Below are positions 57,389-64,000 of a stretch of 64,000 nucleotides of DNA, one piece after another. Within the stretch, counting starts at the first letter, position 1. The number at the start of each line of letters is the position of its first letter. This DNA is from Spirochaetia bacterium (GTDB taxonomy: Bacteria > Spirochaetota > Spirochaetia > SZUA-6 > Bin103), in contig CBDBDQ010000005.1 of NCBI GenBank assembly GCA_965203905.1, positions 736,001 to 800,000 on the forward strand. Direction: 5' to 3'. The notes below the pieces were generated by a model. It was not told the origin of the DNA. It did no database searches and saw only the letters and a program-made list of their open reading frames with translations. The translations under genes and the position numbers were made by a program.

Positions 57389-58447
57389 CTACGCGCTTGC
57401 CCGGTAGTCGGGGTCGACGTACGGAGCCGCGCCCGCGGGCAGTGGCGGCGTGAAGAAGTAGCTGGAATCGCGCCGCTGGCGCCGCACGGTGTCCACCAGT
57501 TCCTTCCAGGTGGCGAGCAGGCCCTTTGATGCAATCGGCAAGTCCCAGCCGATGGCCTGGCGCAGCTTCGGGAGGTTGTAGTAGGGCACCGCGGCGTACA
57601 TGTGGTGCTCCACGTGGTACTGCAGGTTCCAGTAGAAGAAGGCGGAGATCGGATCGCCGAGGTAGGTTCGGGTGTTCTGCCGCCAGTCTGCCACGTCGGG
57701 GCGCATGCCGATGTGCTGCGGGGAATGGGTGAGCACCCGGTACCACTGGTTGGCGAACGGGGCCAACTGCACCAGGACGACGAGATACCAGTTCCCGCTC
57801 GCGACGAACAGCACGAGCAACGCCGCGTGGACCAGCACCGTGAAGCGGGCGAACCGCCGCAGCGCACGAATCCCCTGCGCATCGTCCCGCGGGAAAATCC
57901 GGCGCTCCCACTCGGCGGTGAACATCCTGTTCCAGTCCCCCCGGAAGGCCCAGCGAAGCTGCTGCTTCACGAGACCGTAGAGGCCGGGAACGTTGAGGGT
58001 AAGGACCCAGAGCAGGTTCTTCCAGCGCAGCGGGTCGCCGGGCAGGACGACCTCCATCTCGTGCTCGTGATGGGTCGTGTAGCGGTGATGAGCGCCGTGG
58101 CTGTGACGCATGTGCACGCCGTTCTTCCAGTTCAGCAGGCAGGCGATCGCGTAGAAGAACTCGTTGAGCCAGCGCGCCTTGAACACCGTCTTGTGGGACA
58201 GCTCATGATGGCCGGCGCTGCCGTAGTGCCCGAAGAAGGTGGTGTGAACGAACAGGGTCAGCACGACCAGCGGCCAGCTCCAGTGGTGGAAGGCGTGCAG
58301 CGCGAGGGCGGCCGTCGCCGCCATGAATCCGAGCTGACCGAGGTTGTCCACCAGCGGGCGCAGATTGCGCCGCCGGTTCAGCTCGGCGAGCAGGCCCTTG
58401 TCGATCGGCGTCCGGTGCCACGGAATCTTTACGGCGGCCGTCTGCAT
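57389..58447 (-). CDS. Membrane fatty-acid-desaturase family protein (MocD/RtxC-like)
   Basis: His boxes HELSH, HGAHH and YHVEHH; VPYYNLPKL. Confidence 0.9.
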   Translation of the reverse strand: MQTAAVKIPWHRTPIDKGLLAELNRRRNLRPLVDNLGQLGFMAATAALALHAFHHWSWPLVVLTLFVHTTFFGHYGSAGHHELSHKTVFKARWLNEFFYAIACLLNWKNGVHMRHSHGAHHRYTTHHEHEMEVVLPGDPLRWKNLLWVLTLNVPGLYGLVKQQLRWAFRGDWNRMFTAEWERRIFPRDDAQGIRALRRFARFTVLVHAALLVLFVASGNWYLVVLVQLAPFANQWYRVLTHSPQHIGMRPDVADWRQNTRTYLGDPISAFFYWNLQYHVEHHMYAAVPYYNLPKLRQAIGWDLPIASKGLLATWKELVDTVRRQRRDSSYFFTPPLPAGAAPYVDPDYRASA

Positions 58448-58522
58448 TGATCCGGACCTATCCTAATGCAGCGCGGTCGCTTCGTCATCAGGTCCGGTGC
58501 GTCCGATTGCGTCCGGTGCTTG

Positions 58523-59890
58523 CTACCAGGTGACGTAGTGCGGTGACGGGCCGAGGCGCTGCAGGTGGGCCGGCAGCAGCTCGTTCGGCATTCCGTGGAG
58601 TTGGTCCGCGGCGAGCCTGGAGCAGATCATGCTGTTGCGGTACTTGCGCGCCTGCTTCAGGTCGGTTGACCGAACCTGTCCCGTCCACTTCACCTCAATC
58701 GGCCGGAACGTCGAGCCTTCGACACAGGCGATGTCGACTTCGCCTTCGCCCTTGATGTAGTAGGTGGGATGCAAGCGGTGGTGATGCGCGGACGCGCATG
58801 CTTCTGCGAGCTTGCCGGCCCACTCCCGGTTGGCGGTCATCGTTGTCACCTGGGAGACAAACGGATCGTCCACCGGTTCGATCCAGCTCCGCAGGGCGTG
58901 GAAGATGAACGGGTCGCAGAACACCACCTTGCGCGCCTTCTTCGGGGCGGCCGCAAGCCGGTCTTCACGCAGCGCGTGCTGGATGATGAGCACGTCCATC
59001 TGCGCCAGCAGTTGCAGGTAGTCGGCCACCGTCATGGGATGATCGATCGACAGGTCCGCCGCCAGGCCGGGCCACGTCACCTGGCTTCCGTAGCGCCGGA
59101 TGACGCTGCTGACGACTTCCGCGAGGAAGCGCTCCTGCTTGCCGCGTTTGAGCATGTCCCCCCGAACCCAGTCGCCGTAGACGGCGAATGTCGCCGGGAG
59201 AATACGCCCATGCGCCTCCAGGTCATTGATCGCGGTGAGGTATCCTCCATGCATCAGGTAGTGCTCGAACGCATCGACCAGGGTCTCCATGGAGGAGAGG
59301 TCCGCGTGCGCGGTGCGCCTCGTCCCGAGACCGAGGTACTCGGCAAAGGACAGCGGGTAGAGATGAAAGTCGACCCGCGCCGCGCGCCCCCGGCGACCGG
59401 GGAGTCTGGCACGAGCCTCGCGGATGACGACGGAGTCGGAGCCGGTCAGGACCAGCACCACGTCGTCGAGCAGCCCCGCGTCGGCCAGGTACTTGACGCC
59501 GCGATCCCAGTCCCGGATGTAGGTGACCTCGTCCACCAGCAGGTACGCCGGCCGGGAGGGAGACCGTTCCGGCGTTATCCTGCCCAGCAGAGAGACCAGC
59601 GCGTGGTGGTCATCGATCAGTTCGCCGGTCAGGTAGAGAATGCGCTGCGGCGGTACTCCCGAATCCAGCAGATCGGCCATCCACTGCTTGAGCACCGTGG
59701 ACTTTCCCACGCGCCGTCCCCCGGTGATCGAGTACACGCCGGGCTGGTCTACCGGCAGGTGCTCCAGCATCGGATAGCGGTAGGCAATAGGGAGCCGCTG
59801 CAGCTCCCGAAGCTGCGGGTCCATCCGGCGGAACAACTCGGGATCGTCGAGATGAAGGTTGTGCGGCGCAAAGCGCGGATCGCCGATCAT
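58523..59890 (-). CDS. AAA_14 ATPase + DUF4143 with PD-(D/E)XK-like tail
   Basis: GGRRVGKST, LVDEV, LTGS, YLMHGGY and EVDIA...PIEVK motifs. Confidence 0.88.
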   Translation of the reverse strand: MIGDPRFAPHNLHLDDPELFRRMDPQLRELQRLPIAYRYPMLEHLPVDQPGVYSITGGRRVGKSTVLKQWMADLLDSGVPPQRILYLTGELIDDHHALVSLLGRITPERSPSRPAYLLVDEVTYIRDWDRGVKYLADAGLLDDVVLVLTGSDSVVIREARARLPGRRGRAARVDFHLYPLSFAEYLGLGTRRTAHADLSSMETLVDAFEHYLMHGGYLTAINDLEAHGRILPATFAVYGDWVRGDMLKRGKQERFLAEVVSSVIRRYGSQVTWPGLAADLSIDHPMTVADYLQLLAQMDVLIIQHALREDRLAAAPKKARKVVFCDPFIFHALRSWIEPVDDPFVSQVTTMTANREWAGKLAEACASAHHHRLHPTYYIKGEGEVDIACVEGSTFRPIEVKWTGQVRSTDLKQARKYRNSMICSRLAADQLHGMPNELLPAHLQRLGPSPHYVTW

Positions 59891-59895
59891 TCCGA

Positions 59896-59940
59896 TTTAC
59901 ATGATATCAATTATGTAAAATAACACAACGTACGTTGTGT
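59896..59940. promoter_or_regulatory. Two adjacent palindromes just upstream of the AAA ATPase start
   Basis: TTTACATGAT-ATCA-ATTATGTAAA (59896-59919) and perfect ACACAACGTACGTTGTGT (59923-59940). Confidence 0.55.
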
Positions 59941-60316
59941 ATCCGGATTCCGGCGTCACGGATCCGGAGGTCAGATCAGGGCCCGCGGTTAGACAGCTTC
60001 ATCGATCGCGATACTGAGCCTGCGCTGCATCAGTCACACGTATACTGCACGTACTGCACGTCCAACATGCCGTCGAGCCCGAACCGTGTCGCCGAAGCGC
60101 CGGAGTCAGCGCAGCGCCGACGTGGAGTCGAATGCCCCACTCATGGCCCAGAGTCGCCTGGTGGCCACGGGCGTGTCGGGTACGGCCAGCTCTACCGGCC
60201 GACCCATCCCCAACCCAAGCCGCGCCGTTGAGTGCCTCGATCAGACGGCAGCCAGCCGGCTTCCAATTCTGATCCTGTTTGTCGCGGCGTCCTCTCCTTG
60301 ATTGTCGCGCGCCAGC

Positions 60317-60348
60317 TTGCATACGTGTCAGCAGCATGCTAGCATGCT
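60317..60348 (+). promoter_or_regulatory. Sigma70-like promoter overlapped by a palindromic operator candidate
   Basis: TTGCAT-N17-TAGCAT; perfect palindrome AGCATGCTAGCATGCT at 60333-60348. Confidence 0.5.
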
Positions 60349-60515
60349 AGCGTGCCGCGCAAGAAATCAGCAATCAGCATTGAGGAGGATTGAATCGCAA
60401 ACACGATAACCTGACGTGCACGAGTCACGTTCCAGCCCATCCCGGCGGCAACATTCCGTGCCGCTATGGCTGTCCGCGCAACGCAGCGGAACCACTCCGG
60501 AGGGAGTTATTCAAT

Positions 60516-62540
60516 ATGACCAAGATACTCTTGATTCTGGCAGTACTCGCCACCACGCTCACGGCAGGACTGTGGGCCAGCGGTGCTGTCGATACCGACA
60601 CGGCCACGGCAACAGCAGCGGAAGGGGCTAGCAGCAATCCTGCCGGCTACGACCGGTACCATTGGACCAGCCCGGCAGAGTTCGAAGCGGACACCGGGAT
60701 TGCCATCACCTCTTACGGCGAGGCACCGGCCTTGGCACAACTTGTGGCGCAAGGCGAACTTCCTCCGGTTGTTGACCGGCTGCCGGTCAATCCGTTGGTC
60801 CTGGCTGGTGTAGGGCGCAACATGGAGATCGGCAAGTATGGCGGAACCGGTTTCGGTGCCGGCGCCAGCTTCTGGCAACGGTCTAAGGATTTTCAGAAAC
60901 CGGTTACTGCCGAGTACGGTTTTACGAACCACTTTTATTCGCAGTTGATCGAGTCTTACGACTTCATGGACGGCGGTAAGACCTGGGTCTTCTACTTGCG
61001 CGAGGGCCTCAAATGGTCCGACGGCATGCCCTATACAGCAAACGACATGCTGTTCTGGTATGAAGATTTTTTTCTCAATCAGGAATACCCTTCGGTCGCA
61101 GCCGATTACATCACACTCGCCTGGCGCGGTTCAGGGGTAATCGAAAGCATGGTCAAGGTGGATGACTATACCGTGCAATTTGAGTTCCACGAGCCCACTG
61201 AGTCTCTGCTCAACAGCGCCTTCGGCTCGACGATTCCGGTGTATAGCAAGCACTACTTGCAGCAGTTCCATCCCAACTACCAGAATGCCGACAAGCTTCA
61301 GTCCATGATCGAAGCCGAGGGTTTCGCGACCTGGGTCGAACTTCTGGATTTCAGACTTGACCACCACTCGCGGACCAATCCCGAGAAACCGCGACTCACT
61401 CCTTGGGTTCTGGTTGAGGGGGATCCGAATCCGGTGCGGATTTATGAGAGAAACCCGTACTATTGGGCAATCGATACCCAGGGCAACCAGTTACCCTATA
61501 TCGACGAGATCCACGAGGACACCTCCCTTACCGGCGAGGTGCTGAATCTCGCCGCGCTGTCGGGCGACTTGGATGTGGTGCGATTGAGCATGGATCTCTT
61601 CCCCGAAGCCAAACAAGCCGAAGCCGACGGTAAGATCGTGGCAGTTCGCTGGCCGAGTGTGGATCTGAACACAGCCGTCCTCAACTTCAATCTTAACACC
61701 CAAGACGAGGGCCTACGCGCCATTTTCCGAGACAAGCGATTTCGGATTGCTGTTTCACACGCGATTGACCGCGCGTTGATCAACGAAGCGGTCTATCGTG
61801 GCATGAGCCAACCTTGGCAAGTAGCACCTCAGGAGGGCAGCCCGATTTATCACGAGGGCCTCGCCAATGCATACCTCGAGCATGATCCTGACCTGGCAAA
61901 CCGTCTGCTCGACGAGGTCGGGCTGGAGCAGCGGGGGGACGACGGCTTTCGGCTAAGGCAGGATGGATCTCAACTAGCGTTCACAGCGCTGGTGAGGACC
62001 GATGCCGGCAACCGGACCCCGGAGAATGCTGAGATCGTCGTCGACAACCTGCGGGCAGTTGGGTTGGACGTCAATCTCCGGATCGTGGAACCAGAACTCC
62101 AAGTGGCCAGACGGGACGCCAATGATTATGCACTTGCGATCCTGCAGTCATGGGGAACCATAGAGGGAGGTTGGCAGAATGGGACCGTCGCGCACTGGGT
62201 GCCGGCACACGGGGCGGCGGACTTTTGGGCCCCACTCTGGACCGAGTGGTACTTTTCAAATGGTGCTGCAGGAGAGCAGCCGCCCCAGATCGTAGAGGAT
62301 GCTTTGGGCTGGTACCAGGATGCCATGAACACAATGGTGTTTGCAGAGCGGGCAGCGGCGATGCGGAAAATCCTCGATGCCTACGAGGAAAACCTCTGGC
62401 AAATAGGTACGGTTCAGCATTTGGGACACATGTTCATCTTCTCAACTCGGCTGAGGAATTACCCCGCAGTGGCCAGGTCCTGGCATCGCGCTGGCGACAC
62501 CGGTAATCCCGCGCTGTGGTGGATCGACGAGAGTACTTGA
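60516..62540 (+). CDS. Family-5 ABC substrate-binding protein
   Basis: Signal ending GLWASG; EAPALAQLVAQGELPPVVDRLP and ERNPYYWAIDTQGNQLPYID. Confidence 0.93.
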   Translation: MTKILLILAVLATTLTAGLWASGAVDTDTATATAAEGASSNPAGYDRYHWTSPAEFEADTGIAITSYGEAPALAQLVAQGELPPVVDRLPVNPLVLAGVGRNMEIGKYGGTGFGAGASFWQRSKDFQKPVTAEYGFTNHFYSQLIESYDFMDGGKTWVFYLREGLKWSDGMPYTANDMLFWYEDFFLNQEYPSVAADYITLAWRGSGVIESMVKVDDYTVQFEFHEPTESLLNSAFGSTIPVYSKHYLQQFHPNYQNADKLQSMIEAEGFATWVELLDFRLDHHSRTNPEKPRLTPWVLVEGDPNPVRIYERNPYYWAIDTQGNQLPYIDEIHEDTSLTGEVLNLAALSGDLDVVRLSMDLFPEAKQAEADGKIVAVRWPSVDLNTAVLNFNLNTQDEGLRAIFRDKRFRIAVSHAIDRALINEAVYRGMSQPWQVAPQEGSPIYHEGLANAYLEHDPDLANRLLDEVGLEQRGDDGFRLRQDGSQLAFTALVRTDAGNRTPENAEIVVDNLRAVGLDVNLRIVEPELQVARRDANDYALAILQSWGTIEGGWQNGTVAHWVPAHGAADFWAPLWTEWYFSNGAAGEQPPQIVEDALGWYQDAMNTMVFAERAAAMRKILDAYEENLWQIGTVQHLGHMFIFSTRLRNYPAVARSWHRAGDTGNPALWWIDEST

Positions 62541-62554
62541 TTGCAAATCTCGTT

Positions 62555-62583
62555 CGGAGGGGAGCGCGCGTTCCTCCCCTCCG
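62555..62583 (+). terminator. Stem-loop after the binding-protein gene (mRNA stabiliser or attenuator)
   Basis: CGGAGGGGAG / CTCCCCTCCG 10-bp stem; no T-run. Confidence 0.45.
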
Positions 62584-62677
62584 CCACCGTTGGCTTCACC
62601 CTACCGGGAGTGTGGCCAGGTCATGGATGAAACGGTTACAGGGGGCAGCGCGCGCGTAGGAGATCAGGTCAATAGTC

Positions 62678-63667
62678 GTGTTGAGCTATCTTTTTCGAAG
62701 GCTGATACTCCTCATTCCCACGCTCTTTGTCGTCTCCGTCATTGCTTTTGTGGTGATGGACCTGCCACCTGGAAGCTTCGTCGACTCATACGTCGCCGGT
62801 CTCTTGGAGACGAGCGGAGGAGAATACGCCAGTGGAGAGCTCATAGCAAACCTTGAAGCGCTGTATGGGCTCGACAAGCCGCTGCACATCCGCTACCTCA
62901 ACTGGGTCGGGCAGTTCGCACGCGGCAATCTCGGGTTTTCACTGGAGTGGCGGATTCCGGTGATTGATGTAATTGGATCCCGCTTTACCTTGAGCGTAAT
63001 CGTCTCGCTGGCCTCAGTCCTTTTTGCATGGGTCGTCGCGTTTCCCATCGCCATTTACTCAGCCACCCACCAGTATTCGTGGCACGACTTCATGGCCACC
63101 CTGGTCGGGTTCCTGGGACTGTCAATCCCTAATTTCTTACTCGGCCTTATCCTGATTTTTATCGGCTACCGGTGGTTCGGGATTTCCGTTGGCGGTCTGT
63201 TCTCGCCGGAGTACCAGGATGCTTCCTGGACCCTCGCCAAGTTTGGCGACTTTCTGAGTCACTTGTGGGCCCCCGTGGTGGTAGTGGGGACGGCGGGAAC
63301 AGCCGCGGTTATCCGCGTGTTACGTGCCAACCTTTTGGACGAGTTGAATAAGCCCTACGTGGAGATGGCCCGTTCCAAAGGGCTGAGTGAGCGACGTCTT
63401 CTCCTCAGATACCCGGTACGCATCGCCATCAATCCATTTCTCTCATCCATGGCTTGGGTGCTCCCGGTCATGGTATCGGGGGAAGCTATTACGTCCGTGG
63501 TTTTGGGGCTTCCAACGGCCGGGCCGATTTTCCTCAATGCTCTGCTCAGCCAGGACATGCAGCTGGCTGGGGCCTACATCATGCTGATTTCTTTGTTCAC
63601 TATCTTCGGCACGTTGCTCTCCGATATTCTGCTGGCAATCAACGATCCCAGAATCAGGTACGGTTGA
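62678..63667 (+). CDS. ABC permease (DppB-like)
   Basis: YLFRRL, DLPPGS, LLDELNKPYVEMARSKG and DPRIRY motifs. Confidence 0.95.
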   Translation: MLSYLFRRLILLIPTLFVVSVIAFVVMDLPPGSFVDSYVAGLLETSGGEYASGELIANLEALYGLDKPLHIRYLNWVGQFARGNLGFSLEWRIPVIDVIGSRFTLSVIVSLASVLFAWVVAFPIAIYSATHQYSWHDFMATLVGFLGLSIPNFLLGLILIFIGYRWFGISVGGLFSPEYQDASWTLAKFGDFLSHLWAPVVVVGTAGTAAVIRVLRANLLDELNKPYVEMARSKGLSERRLLLRYPVRIAINPFLSSMAWVLPVMVSGEAITSVVLGLPTAGPIFLNALLSQDMQLAGAYIMLISLFTIFGTLLSDILLAINDPRIRYG

Positions 63668-63681
63668 GGACCAAGCAGCCA

Positions 63682-64000
63682 ATGCCAGCAACTGGGCCGG
63701 ACGAGAGCAAGTTTCTCAGCCACGACGCTCCCCAATGGCAGTTGATTTGGCAACGGTTCAAGAAATCCAGAGCGGCTGTCATAGGTGGGTTGACAGTGCT
63801 CCTGTTCTACCTCATGGCGATCTTCGCCGATTTCATTGCCCCCAATGACCCTGCTGTGCGCAGCATCGGGTATGTGGCAGCACCACCCATGACCATTCGT
63901 TTTCTTGACCACAACGGTTTCAGCAAGCCGTTCGTGTATGACCTGCGCCAAGAGAAGAACATGACGACCTTCGAGCGCTATTATGTCATCGACGAGGACA
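63682..64000 (+). CDS. ABC permease (DppC-like), runs off the window end
   Basis: Manual translation gives MPATGPDESKFLSHDAPQWQLIWQRFKKSRAA...FADFIAPNDP. Confidence 0.88.
   Translation, partial: MPATGPDESKFLSHDAPQWQLIWQRFKKSRAAVIGGLTVLLFYLMAIFADFIAPNDPAVRSIGYVAAPPMTIRFLDHNGFSKPFVYDLRQEKNMTTFERYYVIDED

Noticed and set aside
60043-60060. Tandem TACTGCACG x2, and AATCAGC x2 near 60365
   Set aside because: Only two short units with no spacers; not a CRISPR array or iteron set
1-64000. rRNA, tRNA, CRISPR-Cas, prophage, integron or retron
   Set aside because: No repeat-spacer array, cas, integrase, reverse transcriptase, phage structural gene or tRNA-like sequence recognised; a covariance-model scan would be needed to exclude small RNAs

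Overview
High-GC bacterial chromosome segment with no rRNA, tRNA or CRISPR array that I can recognise. It is dominated by catabolic and uptake genes: three family-5 (Dpp/Opp-type) ABC import clusters, two ABC-2 exporter operons, five PhyH-type Fe(II)/2-oxoglutarate dioxygenases, three sulfatase-family proteins, beta-propeller glycosidases (GH32-like, sialidase-like), GH4, GH116, two membrane desaturase/hydroxylases, a hydantoinase/oxoprolinase A+B pair, a dimethylformamidase-like amidase and a PLP decarboxylase. The Cys-less '...A-x-G-acidic' N-termini of the binding proteins suggest a free-living or symbiotic spirochaete (inference). Accessory DNA is scattered through the window: (1) a lower-GC island at about 11.3-14.0 kb with an IS1595 remnant, a Panacea antitoxin / RelE-like toxin / DUF2971 operon and an orphan higA; (2) an orphan hicB sitting beside a truncated duplicate of a binding-protein gene; (3) a mazEF-like pair; (4) a DUF222-HNH gene with palindromes embedded in its coding sequence; (5) an AAA_14/DUF4143 ATPase. 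The best leads are the four-gene ABC operon with two unknown envelope proteins (14.1-18.1 kb), the palindrome-bearing HNH element, the Panacea three-gene module, the repeated 'toxin tail + intact antitoxin' layout, a sulfatase-fold protein with Thr at the formylglycine site, and two unexplained amide-catabolism modules. All family calls come from motif recognition by eye, not from database searches.
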